Part shown: positions 12,928-24,404 of the stretch, piece by piece | How the letters are laid out: the number at the start of each line of letters is the position of its first letter | How positions within the stretch are numbered: position 1 is the stretch's first letter | Source: Felis catus | Taxonomy: Eukaryota | Assembly (NCBI RefSeq): GCF_018350175.1 | Contig: NC_058373.1 | Coordinates: forward strand, 103,976,001-104,040,000 | Direction of reading: 5' to 3' | Length of the DNA stretch: 64,000 nt | Translations under genes and position numbers: made by a program | The notes under the pieces: model-generated | What the model was told of the DNA's origin: nothing | Databases searched by the model: none | What the model saw: the letters and a program-made list of their open reading frames with translations, nothing else

Positions 12928-13465
12928 AGACTATAATCTTTAGAATCTGCAAATAATGATACCTTCTGCCTCTTCCTTACCCAATATTTATGCTTCTTAT
13001 CTCATTCTCTCATCTAATTACATTGGCAAGCACTTCAAGAACAATCATTAAATAATTGTGGTGATAACAAGTACCCTTGTCTTGTTCCTGACTTTAATGA
13101 GACTACTTCTAGGGTTTCACCAGTAAGTGTTATGCTGGCTGTTAGTTTGTGACGTGTAGGTATGTATTAGATATCTTTTTAAACATGGCTTATAAGTTTT
13201 TTTCTATTACTACAGTATTCAAATCTTTAAAAAAGTCAAGTGTTTGGGGGGCAAGGAAAGCCAATATTGAAATAATCATGTGGTTTTCATTCTCTAACCT
13301 ATTTATACGATAAGGTCTTTTAATAGAGTTTGCATTAATGAACTATCTTTAGAAATCTGAAATTATACCCACTTGATTGTGGTATGTTCTTACTTTACTC
13401 TGCTATTTACATAATAGAATATATTATTTGGCATTTTGTATGTTATTCATGAATGAGATTAGTCA

Positions 13466-13580
13466 GGGGTTGCCTGGCTGGCTCAGTCAGTTGAGCAAGT
13501 GACTTTTGCTCTTGGGGTCGTGAGTTCAAGCCCCACGTTGGGTGTAGATTACTAAAAAAATAAATAAAACTTAAAATATA
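13466..13580 (+). mobile_element. short-form Can-SINE
   Basis: 'gcctggctggctcagtcagttgagc...gttcaagccccacgttgggtgtagattact'. Confidence 0.85.
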
Positions 13581-13734
13581 AATAAATCTTTTCTTTGCCA
13601 TTTTTGCCATCCTTTGGTATCATTGCTGTGTTGGCTTTGTGGGAAAATTCTTCCCTTAAATTGACACAATTTAATGACAAATATTCTATCAATGCATGGA
13701 AAGCCATCTGGTTCTGGCCTTTGAATAGTACTTT

Positions 13735-13983
13735 TTATTTTTTTTATTTTATTTATTTTATTTTTTTTAAATTTTTTTTTCAACGTTTATTTATTTTTGG
13801 GACAGAGAGAGACAGAGCATGAACGGGGGAGGGGCAGAGAGAGAGGGAGACACAGAATCGGAAACAGGCTCCAGGCTCTGAGCCATCAGCCCAGAGCCCG
13901 ACGCGGGGCTCGAACTCACGGACCGCGAGATCGTGACCTGGCTGAAATCGGACGCTTAACTGACTGCGCCACCCAGGCGCCCC
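13735..13983 (-). mobile_element. young SINEC_Fc
   Basis: near-consensus body; TSD TGAATAGTACTTT. Confidence 0.95.
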
Positions 13984-13996
13984 TGAATAGTACTTT

Positions 13997-14217
13997 TTAA
14001 AAATTTTTTGTTTTAAGTTTATTCATTTTTGAAAGACAGAGAGAGAGAGAGCACAAGCAGGGGTGGGGCGGAGAGAGAGGAGGACACAGAATCCGAAGCA
14101 GGCTCCAGGCTCTGAGCTGTCAGCACAGAGCCCAACGGGGGCTCGAACTCAGGAACCGTGAGATCATGACCTGAGCCGAAGTCACAGGCTTAACCGACTG
14201 AGCCGCCCAGGCACCCC
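13997..14217 (-). mobile_element. Can-SINE
   Basis: antisense body; TSD TGAATAGTACTTT. Confidence 0.93.
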
Positions 14218-14268
14218 TGAATAGTACTTTCTTAACCACTTTGTAGCAGCTATATAGGTGTGCTACCA

Positions 14269-14477
14269 TTTTTTTTTAATGTTTATTTATTTTTGAGAGA
14301 GAGAGAGAGCACGAACAGGGGAGGGGCAGAGAGAGAGGGTGACACAAAATCTGAAGCAGGATCCAGGCTCTGAGCTGTTAGCACAGAGGCCAATGCAGGG
14401 CTTGAACCCAGAAGCTGTGAGATCATGATCTGAGCCGAAGTCAGACGCTTAACTGACTGAGCCACCCAGGCGCTCCC
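14269..14477 (-). mobile_element. Can-SINE
   Basis: antisense SINEC body. Confidence 0.92.
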
Positions 14478-15247
14478 AACTTATATTTTGATTAAAGAGA
14501 TTATACTATCAAATACATTTTTCAGGGGGGAACTGTGGATAGAATCTCTTGAGTCTTTTCATATTTGAGAATATTGTTATCTTTACTTGTTGAAAATAAT
14601 TTGACAAGGTCACATGACTTTCCTCTCAAAAATTTTCAATTATTGCTGTCCACTGGCCTTATATGCTGCCATGGACCAGTTTGAGCCCAGTCTGGTATTT
14701 TCCTCTTTTGATTTACTTCATCTGCCTAGATGTTAGAAAGATTCTTTTTCTATCCACAAAGTGCAGTAATTTCAGTGGGAAATGTCTTAGATTAATTATA
14801 GTATATTAACTATGTTAATCGGAAGATTCAGCTCTTGTAATTTCAGAAAGTTTTCTTCTATTATATCTTTAAATATCTGTTCTTTTTTGTACTTTGGAGA
14901 GAATAGTTATGTATATTTTGTAACTAGGTTGGCTGTCTTCCCTAGCTACTAACTTCTGTGTAATAATTTTTATTTTATTCCTTTCCTTTTCATCCTGTAT
15001 GGTTTTTCTCCCATCTACCGATGAGACTTATTATTTTGCACAACCAGTTTTGCTTCTTGGTGTTTCTAAATTCATTCATTATATCTGCAATGAAATTTTT
15101 TTCCTTCATCTTTGCCAGCTTCCTTTAAATTTCATGTTTTCTTATCCTTTTATCTTTGATAATCATCTTTCATAGAGTCCGGCTGTCTTTAATTATATCT
15201 AAGTATGGAGCATTTATTTTATCAAATTTTCTCCTGCTTCTCAATGC

Positions 15248-15454
15248 TTTTTTTTTTTTAATGTTCATTTATTTTTGAGAGAGAGAGAGAGAGAGAGAGA
15301 GCAGGGGAGGAGCAGAGAGAAAGGGGGACAGAGGATCCAAAGTGGGCCCCACACTGACAGCAGCCAGCCCATATGGAGCTCAAACTCACAAACTATGAGA
15401 TCATGACCTAAGTCGAACTCAGGCACTTAACTGACTGAGCCACCCAGGCGCCCC
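15248..15454 (-). mobile_element. Can-SINE
   Basis: antisense SINEC body with a long GA tract. Confidence 0.9.
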
Positions 15455-16815
15455 TCATTTCTCTTTCAAATGTGTTTCTTCTTGTATGTCTTTATATGTC
15501 TCTTCTTTATGTCTCCCTCCCTCCCTCCCTCCTTTTTTCCCTCCCTCTCTCCTTTCTTTCTTCCTTACTTTAATAAAAAAACTCTCCAAATGGGCTTCAT
15601 CTGCCACGTATATAATTGTGGCTGAGATTATCTTTTCGACCCTGCTTGCCTCCACACTTACTCTTGCCACAACTGCTGGCTCCCACACGGGCTGCCCCAT
15701 GAATCATAGAGGCCAAGCAGTTTCATGCCTTGAAAGGGCAGATATTCTTTCCTCCTTTTTACCCTCCATTAAAGCTTTCAACAGAACAGCTTCCTAGATT
15801 CCAAATCATTGTTTAGTGTTGCAGTTCTTTGAATTCATAAGCATCAAATTTTTCCCCCGAAGTCCATGTATGGTGCTGTGTTGGCATGAGTTTCTAACAT
15901 CCATTGTGCACTGTTCCTGAAACCAGCACAGTTCTGATGGTTCTGGGGCTGACTCTGGCCAGCAGCTCACCCTAAGTTATCCCATGTGACGAGTTTCCTC
16001 TTAGGAGTCTCTGTTCTTATAACATGTCCTTAGTCAGACACTCTGGCTTAGCAGATATATCATAATATCTTTGGACCTCTGGTGGGGAGGAAAATTTAGC
16101 TATTCTTTTCTCCTCCTATTCGTTTTCTCCTATGGGGCTCTTCTGACTCTATATGAATTTAGGCTAACCACCTTCCTTCCAGATTCTCATAATGTTGGAA
16201 GATCAATAATACATTAACTCTATGCTCAAGATCCTTGCATGTCTCCTATGTATACCAGACATATTGCAAGTGGCACATTCCAGCAGAATGTGGTATTCAA
16301 ATGATCTTTGCTTCTGGACCCATCTAGCCCCGTAGACTTGAGCAGCTGGTGGTAATGCCCACATAATGCGACTGTTACACAGCCAGCAGAGTAGGTGATA
16401 TACTTTCTCAACACCTTCTTCAAATAAAAGTGCTGGACCTGCCGGTACCCTGTTATTTGAGCTTCCTCCTTTCAAGGTCTAGAAATCCCGACTTATTCAT
16501 GCAATAAAGAAAACATACAATGTTTATTAAGCTCTACTCTGCTATGTGCTAGGAGTTATTTGAGGTTCTTGTCATATAATTGTGGACAAGAAATAAGTTC
16601 CCGCCCTCACAGAGCTTTCAGACTAAAGGATGGAATTGTTTCTCATCTTGCCATCCATGCAGAGTTTGCCTTCTTGTGGTTTGTGTATAAATTCAAAGAT
16701 GGCACCTCCTCAAATGGGAGAAATAGCAGGAATCTGAATACTTGCCTTCTGAGTTTGTCTTTGTTTTGCAGGCATAAATTCCCCTTCCTTTACTTTTTAA
16801 AAACTTAATTAATTT

Positions 16816-17028
16816 GGGATGGCTCAGTGGTGAAGCATCTGACTTAGGCTCAGGTCAGGATCTCATGGTCCGTGAGTTTGAGCCCCGCGTCAGGATCTCT
16901 GCTCTCAGCACAGAGCCCACTTGGAATCCTCTGTCTCCCTCCCCCTCTGCCCCTCCCCCACTCACATGCATGTGTGTGTGAGCATGCTCTCTCTCTCTCT
17001 CTCTCTCAGATATAAATAAACATTAAAA
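16816..17028 (+). mobile_element. Can-SINE (5' end eroded)
   Basis: 'tggctcagtggtgaagcatctgact...ctctctcagatataaataaacattaaaa'. Confidence 0.88.
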
Positions 17029-17029
17029 A

Positions 17030-17127
17030 TTAATTTATTTATTTATTTACACCCAATGTGGGGCTCGAATTCACAACCTTGAGATCAAGAGTGACATGCT
17101 CTACCGACTGAGCCAGCCAGGCGCTCC
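17030..17127 (-). mobile_element. short-form Can-SINE
   Basis: 'gagatcaagagtgacatgctctaccgactgagccagccaggcgc'. Confidence 0.85.
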
Positions 17128-17863
17128 AAAGTCCCCTCTCTTAAAAAAAAAAAAAAATGGATTTAAAATGTATTTTCTGAAGTTAATTCATGCAAAAGAA
17201 AGTTCTGGAAATGCTGCGTAGGCCTGCAGGGCAAGTTAAGCATTAGCATCTCTCCTTGAGGCTTCATTTCAACACTCCACAGGTCCATTTGCAACCTGTA
17301 CTTTGAATCTGATTAGTTGCATAATAACTCTTTACATTTTCATGCAGTGTGACACCTTTCTTTGGATGAGCTTAAAGTGTTTTACAGCCATTATCCTATT
17401 AACCCTCACCCTAGGGAGTGTTGGGGGTGCGTGGAATATGTTATTATCTTTATTTTATGGAAGGGACATGATGGCACAAGGAAGTCAACGAATTTGAGCA
17501 ATAGCACATGGGAAGTTGGGTGGAACTGGGGACAGAAACAGGTCTCATAAACAGGCTTTTGCTGCTGTGGCATAAATCTCTCCGCTTCCTTTATCAGAAA
17601 GAGCCAAGCGGCCTTAGTGGTGATACTGAAGGTCTGATCTTTCATCCAAAGGGAGGGGTTAAATATATGCTGGGAGGAAGGAGCAGATGAGTTAAGTTGA
17701 TTCATCTAGAATGATAGGAGCTGCTCGATAAACTTCTGCAAGCAATCTGCATGTGTATTTCACGTCTGCTCTGCTGCATGGTGTCATGCTGCCAGGTGCT
17801 GTAGGAGAACCCCAGGGAGTGTTCTGCTTGGCACAAAGTAGCTCCTAAATACATATTTGTGGA

Positions 17864-17975
17864 AGGCAGGAAGGCAGGAAGGCAGGAAGGGGGCAGGCAA
17901 GAAGAAAAGAAGGAAGGAAGAAAGGGAGGGAGGGAAGGAGGGAGGGAGGAAAGAAAGTGGGAAGAAAGAAGGGAA
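17864..17975. repeat. purine-rich (GGAA/GGCA/GGGA)n simple repeat within L2 remnants
   Basis: directly visible. Confidence 0.85.
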
Positions 17976-20604
17976 GGTAAGATATCATTCCCGTCTTCAG
18001 GGAGCTTATAATTAGAGAGGGGGAAACCAAAATAATATAAAGAAAAATTATGTGCTGAACAAGGGAGTATTGTCCATTGATGCCTAAGCAGAGCAGAGAG
18101 GGAAGGAACCTCCAGGCCTGGAGCCATCAGAGAAACTTTCTCTGATGGAAACTGAATAAGCCTTGGAGGAGGGAGGGATTCTGGAGATGAAGAGGAGGAG
18201 AGAGAGATTATTTGGGGAAGTGCGAGGGCCTGACTAGTCTGGTGGTAGAGAGTATCTGAAGGAAGGAGTGCTTTTTTAAAAATGTGTTTTTAAAGGAAGA
18301 AGTGGGTCTTGTGAGATTGCAAGGAGGGGTTGTTTCTTTCATTAGATGTTGTGGAGTGCCCACAATTTACTAGAAGATAAAGTGCAGGGAATCAGAGCAA
18401 ACTCCTAGATTCTGAGGTTGAAAGTGTGCTGTTGCTGAGAAGGAAAGCTTGCATTTTGGAAGACGGTTAACTTTGTGAGTCTCTAATAATTTCAGGAGCT
18501 AGTCTCAGCACATTTATTTTGAAACTGTATGGACTCCATATTCTGCTCGGAGTGTTTGTTTCTCCCTTAAAGGTGAGATTGAGCTCACGATTATTCTGTT
18601 ATCACTGAAATGTATTCTTTTTTTTTTTTTTTTGCCGTTTTTGTATTTTTTTTTTACTTGGTTTTAGTTAGTGAGCATATAAATGTATTTATCATTATTC
18701 TGTTATTTTTACTGCTTTTACTATTATTCAGTTCTGATTACACTACCGCATCCGTCGCTCTCCTATCTCGGATCCACTTTTATCCCTTACCACGGCTCGT
18801 ATCTGGCAGAGTTCTCTAACAAACTTTCTTCTTCTGACCTGGGTTCAGCGATTAAAATCATACATTTTGAAAATAGTTATTACTGTCTTTTAGGATTTTC
18901 CATATCTTTGGGGATCAAAACTCTTGTTTTATTTTGGGTTCTTTCTTCCTCCATGAAACAGGGAAGGTGAAAAGCTTTAGACACTGAAATCTCTTCTACT
19001 CCCAAATAATGTTGGCCTCTGACTAGAGGTAGATAATCAAAATAAGAAAACAAAACAAAACAAAACAACTAACTCAACAAACATTATAGGAAATGCGTAT
19101 CAACCCAAGTAGGAGATTTCATGGTCTTAAAAGGTGATTGCCATTATGTGGAAGTCTGAAGAAAGCAAAGAGGGCAGTGTGAATGTGAGGGTTCTGCAGA
19201 CTCTCAGCAGGGTGGTAAAGTTGCAAGTATTCATATGCATAGGTGCAGAAGAATAAGATCCCTAGATTTGCAGCCAGGTCCCAGGTATGATTGAGGGCTG
19301 GGCGGGGTGGGGGGGAAAGCGTATGAGCAAGAACCCCAGTTTCCTACTGCCCAAAGCAGCAGAGGGGACATATTTGGAAGAGAGACTGGCAGAATTTTCT
19401 GAAATGCATTCCTCATTTATTACCTTGCCATCTAATGGAGAGCCTGACTGAGAATGAGGTTCATATCAAATTCCTATTTCTCTTTTCTCTCTTTGAATGT
19501 TCCCAGTTTAATTCGGGCGCATGCATTATCAAACATCTGTTTTAATTACAGCCATTGTTGAGGTAGTTAATCAGTTGTCGTCTCTCACCAGCCAAAATCC
19601 TATATTGCTGAATTTTTGTACAATCAAAGATACAATAAATATAAAAGGAATTCTTGTATATCAGCAAGGAAAAAAAAATGCATACAACTTCTTTGCTCAC
19701 TGATGCAACCAAAACACCAAGGAGTTATTATAATGTGCATTCCCCTGACACAGACTTTTATTTCATGCAAATGACTGTGATTAAGATTCAAATACTTTTT
19801 TTTTCCATTTTCACACATTACTTAATCAATGTGAAGTACTGTGTAAAAATTGCATCTCTTCATAACAGTGATTTTGACCAAGTCAAGTGTTGCTCCTAGA
19901 ATTATAATCCAGACTTGTGATTCAATTATCATTTAGAGACTTTCTAAATTCAAATTAAGTTCACTCTCTCCTCCTCCTCCCAACACTGTAAACTTAATAT
20001 CAGTATGGATCATTTGTAAGGTGTGACCAAAATAACTTTCCATTTCAAAGAAGTATACAATGTGATGTGTAAATTTCCCTTACTTGCAAAAAAAAAAAAA
20101 AAAAATAGAAAAAAGCACAGCAATCAATAGTGAGTTGCCATTAAAATGTATGAAATGCACAAAGTACAGTCTATTTACGTTACACTTAGCTTTTACGCTG
20201 GATAATACCGACACTCTCCAGCATATTTATCTATTTAAACTTACTTGGAACACTCACACAAACCACCATTTAAAAAGTTCAAAAAGAACCCACGGAATAC
20301 GTAAAGTTTGGCATCGCCATTTGATGATTTAACTATTGGACATTCAAAAGCTCATTCTTACAGGAATCAACTAGGAATGAATAAAATGAAGTAGGATTCC
20401 AGAAGCCAGCTAGGTAACTCTCCTACAACTGTAAACGTTGATCTATTTACTGCTTACTGCACCCAAACCAGAGGCTGAATCTTGTTTTGTTATTGTCTGT
20501 GACTCTCTTTCTTGTTCATCTTGCATTTCATTTATACTCGAAAAATTAGATGTTGCCAGTGACTAAGTTTCGGTTATTACCGGGTACTATCCACATCCAT
20601 TTTC

Positions 20605-20646
20605 TTACCCTTACCCTTACCCTTACCCTAACCCTTACCCTTACCC
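20605..20646. repeat. telomere-variant hexamer array (TTACCC)4(TAACCC)(TTACCC)2
   Basis: seven contiguous hexamers; one is the canonical vertebrate telomere unit. Confidence 0.9.
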
Positions 20647-21379
20647 TTTCTATACCCTAAATGTCTTTACCCTCTGAGATGAAAATAAAATCTAATTTTA
20701 ATTGTTTTCCTTCTTTAAACGTTCACCCAAAATTCCTCCTTTTGTGTCCAATTGCAATGAGCAAAGACACTCATCTTTTGTTCTCCATGGTTCCTAGAAC
20801 ACAATGCTTTCTCTATGCTAGAGCTGAATCTCTTGAATTTGAATAGTTTTTTTTTTTTTAAGGGAAGTAGAATTTGCATTTGATTGAGTCTGATGAATTC
20901 AAACATATAATGTTTGAATCTGGATATTCCTTTTGGAAGTTTCTTGAACATTCTAAAAGAGACATTCCACCTTTTCTGCCAGGAAAGATAGAGAGACATT
21001 GGCAGTTCATATGAGGGTCTCAACTTGTAGAGACCTTGGCCAGTTGAAACCAAAGGTCTAGTCCTGAATTTACTGGAAGACTAGGAAACGTCTTTGAAGT
21101 TGAGGTGGTTTTATAGGAGGAACAATCATGAGCTGCCTAAGAAGGCATTGTCACATTCTACAGAAATAAGAGTAGCCAGCCATGTCTGGGTCTTTCAAAG
21201 CCACAACCAAGTCATTTGAAGTCAGTGCAGACTACTTACAGAGGACCAAAGAGATGATTCCTATCTATTCTGATTCCATCCAGGGAGTTGTGTGGGGGCT
21301 TTATGATAAAGCTTCGAGGGAGAAACGAGACTGGATCAGAGGCCCTGGCTGGTCCCCATTATCTAACCTTCCCTATCCC

Positions 21380-21520
21380 ATAGAAATAGAATTTTTGCTG
21401 GGCACATGGCTGCCCAGAACAGGACTGCATTTCCCAATGTGGCCCTTTCCCATAGCCCTTTGCATAGTCCTCATAGCTGGTAATGGATCCATGATTAAAT
21501 TCTGGCCAATAGAATGTAAG
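21380..21520 (+). mobile_element. MaLR (MLT1-like) LTR fragment
   Basis: 'gctgggcacatggctgcccag...actgcatttccca...attaaattctggccaatagaatgtaag'. Confidence 0.55.
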
Positions 21521-21523
21521 AGT

Positions 21524-22425
21524 ATAGGTCCAAAATTCCTTATCCCGAATAGAGGTCATATATGGTATGGAATTCAGATTTCTTTTTTTTTTTTTTTTTT
21601 TTTTCCGATTTTGAAGGTGATACGATGCATATTCTGCTTATTATTATGGAATATCTCTATCGGTGGCAGGGACAGCATCTCACTATCAACTGCAGCAAAG
21701 CATAGTGATATTCACTCTAAATGGGATAAAGACAATGATCTCACGGCGATGCAGGCTGGCTGAGCCCAAGACCCAGGGGAGGGTCCCATAGGACCGGCTA
21801 ACATGGTCCTTGGCTTTACGCAGCATAGAAATCAAACAGGAACCAGAGCAAGTGAAAACAGAGTTTCTTGAACAGTGTAAGTGACAGAAGAGTGCCTGGG
21901 AGACTCAGAAAGGAACAGAGAATGAGTCTCGTCAGTGCTTGGGGCTACGGGTTTATATTAAGAAAGGGTCTAGGGTACGTTCTCCTCCAGGAACCCAGGG
22001 TAGAGGCAACTGTCAGATGAACAATAGGTGCTTTTCCATAAATGACTGAAGGTAGGGGTACTGAGGCCAGCACGCGCTGAGGTTTGTTTGAAGCTCATGT
22101 CCTGGAACACGTTTGAGATCTGGCTCTTCGTAGGTGTTATCAGGTGTTTGGGGCCTAGGACAAAATTCAGCCAATGATTAACTTTCTTGCTTCTTCCCTG
22201 AAATGGGAACATAGCTTCTTTGGCTTATACAGGGGCAAAATGTGGATCACGAGTTAACGGGGCCTACCAGAAAAACAGCAGAGACGGAGCGTTTCTAAAA
22301 TGGAGTCTCTTCAACCTGCAATCCAGGTCAGGTTTTGTCCTCAAATGAACTGTTGTTGCAAACTATGAAAGGAATTTTGGTTTTTAGAGCTTTTTGGATC
22401 TCAGAATTAGGTATCATGTGGCAGC
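21524..22425 (-). mobile_element. TcMar-Tigger fossil (MamRep434-like), split by an LTR
   Basis: ends 'taggtccaaaattccttatccc' and 'ggtttttagagctttttggatctcagaatt'; the two halves are collinear across the LTR. Confidence 0.65.
21747..22313 (-). mobile_element. ERV1-class solo LTR (carnivore)
   Basis: minus strand starts TGAAGAGACTCCATTTT; TATA-like at about 21952-21960; decayed polyA signal at 21864-21869; ends ...cagcctgcatcg; about 567 bp. Confidence 0.75.
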
Positions 22426-22624
22426 TTCTAGAAACCTGTAGAGACAGCTCACAAATATCCTTCGACTCTCCCTTGTTTCTTCCTACATTCTGCCTTCTGG
22501 AAAGTGAAGCTTCCTTAGACCACGAGGACCGTGGTTTTAAAGACAATATAAATTGCCCTTATTTATTTTTTTCCTCAAAGTGCTATCAACTTTAAATGTG
22601 AATCTTTTTGTTTTGCTGCATCAC

Positions 22625-22810
22625 TTAATATTGAATGCACACCATGTGCAACACACAATACTAAGTATCTCATTTAATTCTGTGATCAGTTCCATTTAAC
22701 GGATGAGAAAACTGAAGAATAGAAAGTTTGTCTAACTTAGCCAAGGTCCATATTCAGTAAGTGGCAAAGCTAGGATTTGAAACTAAGAAGTCTCTCTCAG
22801 TGAGACCATA
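22625..22810 (-). mobile_element. MIR
   Basis: 'ccatttaacggatgagaaaactgaag...aacttagccaaggtc...agtaagtggcaaagctaggatttgaa'. Confidence 0.7.
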
Positions 22811-22970
22811 CTTGCCATATAAAAAATGTGTTGGAGACTCATTGGTCAAGTTTCACATTTCCCTATGGTTCTGGGATTGCATTCTTTAGAGGCCTTGTTG
22901 AGATACTGTGCTTTTTTTTCCTCCTTCATTTTAGTTTGGCAAGTTTTAATTTGCAATTAACCAGCTTTCT

Positions 22971-23195
22971 TTTTTTTTTTTAATTTTTTTTTTAACGTTT
23001 TATTTATTTTTGAGACAGGGAGAGACAGAGCATGAACAGGGGAGGGTCAGAGAGAGGGAGACACAGAATGTGAAGCAGGCTCCAGGCTCTGAGCTGTCAG
23101 CACAGAGCCCGACACGGGGCTCGAACTCACGGACCATGAGATCATGACCTGAGACGAAGTTGGACGCTTAACCGGCTGAGCCACGCAGGCGCCCC
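22971..23195 (-). mobile_element. Can-SINE (left monomer of a tandem pair)
   Basis: antisense SINEC body. Confidence 0.93.
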
Positions 23196-23394
23196 TGTTT
23201 ATTTATTTTTGAGACAGACAGAGACAGAGCATGAATGGGGGAGGGTCAGAGAGAGGGAGACACAGAATCTGAAATAGGCTCCAGGCTCTGAGCTGTCAGC
23301 ACAGAGCCCAACGCGGGGCTCGAACTCACGGACCGTGAGATCGTGACCTGAGCCGAAGTCGGCCGCTTAACCGACTGAGCCACCCAGGCGCCCC
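23196..23394 (-). mobile_element. Can-SINE (right monomer of a tandem pair)
   Basis: antisense body directly abutting the previous one. Confidence 0.93.
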
Positions 23395-23639
23395 TAAGCA
23401 GCTTTCTAACAACCCCCAAAAGAGAAGGGTAAAGCTAAAAGCCAATTGCTTTCTATGATCACGCTAACATTCATGACCACAACTACATCATGATGTAAAG
23501 CACCGGACAGAAAGGTTTATAGATGTAACTGTTATGCAGACGTACCTCCCAGCCAAATTAGAAGTGAATATAAATTTGGGATACTAATTAACCTATCATC
23601 TTGGCCATATTTTCCGGGTGACATCTATGTCTCTCTCTC

Positions 23640-23864
23640 TTTTTTTTTATTTATTTTTTCTATTTTGAGAGAGAGAGACAGAGACAGAGAGAGTGTGTAT
23701 GTGTGCACGAGCGGGAGTGGAGCAGAGAGACAGAGAATCCCCAGCAGGCTCTCCACTATCAGTGCAGAGTCCAATGTGGGGCTCAACCTCACAAACCGAG
23801 AGATCATGACCTGAGCCGAAATGAAGAGCTGGACGCTCGGCCAGCTGAGCCACAGAGGCACCCC
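23640..23864 (-). mobile_element. older Can-SINE
   Basis: antisense SINEC body. Confidence 0.9.
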
Positions 23865-24199
23865 ATCTGTCTCATTTGAAGTGTCCCATACTCAGTGGTA
23901 GGTGCCTTCTTCCTGTTAATACCTGAGTGCCAAAAGAAGTCACAGTCTAATAGCAAAGCCATCCCTGCTCAAATCTGAGAAGATTTCAGAAGTTATAAAT
24001 GTTGTATTCCCCAGTAATTGTCATTACATTGTTGGCATTTCTGGCACAATTCACTCTAGAAACTACGGGGAGAAAATGTAACTAGTTAACAATAGGAAAG
24101 GGCGCTGCTAATGAAATTGGTTTTGACTCTAGAAAGATGTGTGTATGACTTAGCCATTCTTAGTTTCGTATCTTTGGTTTCAACTCATTCACGTAGTTG

Positions 24200-24330
24200 A
24201 ATCTCAAGTATTAGTGTAGCAAATATGGTAAAATATTAAGTTGTTGAATCTAGGTGTTGAGCAGATGAACGTTCATTATACTATTTTCCCTACTTTTGTG
24301 TAAGTTTGACAATTTCATAATAAAATGTCA
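24200..24330 (+). mobile_element. L1M 3' terminal fragment
   Basis: 'gttgttgaatctaggtg...gttcattatactattttccctacttttgtgtaagtttgacaatttcataataaaa'. Confidence 0.65.
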
Positions 24331-24404
24331 GAAGACCAGGGAAAAATCCATACAAATGATAACTTTAAAAATCTGCCATTATTTAAGTGAGGTTATCTAG
24401 GTGT

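Larger units (their letters stand above)
10520..15240 (-). mobile_element. old L1M fragments, heavily interrupted by SINEs
   Basis: T-rich antisense L1 ORF2 motifs, e.g. 'cttgtcttgttcctgactttaat', 'tctaatagtttttcagttgattcacttggg', 'tctgcaaataatgatacc'. Confidence 0.65.

Noticed and set aside
11311..14477. Repeat-spacer-like alternation suggestive of a CRISPR array
   Set aside because: The short repeats are TSDs and the 'spacers' are homologous SINEs; eukaryotic context with no cas genes
19559..19585. TGAGGTAGT, matching the let-7 5' end
   Set aside because: Only 9 nt match; the rest differs from let-7 and no hairpin arm is evident
21182..21763. Longest ORF (193 aa)
   Set aside because: It runs across an MLT1-like fragment, a Tigger fossil and a poly-T tract (poly-Phe); a chance chimera with no recognisable domain
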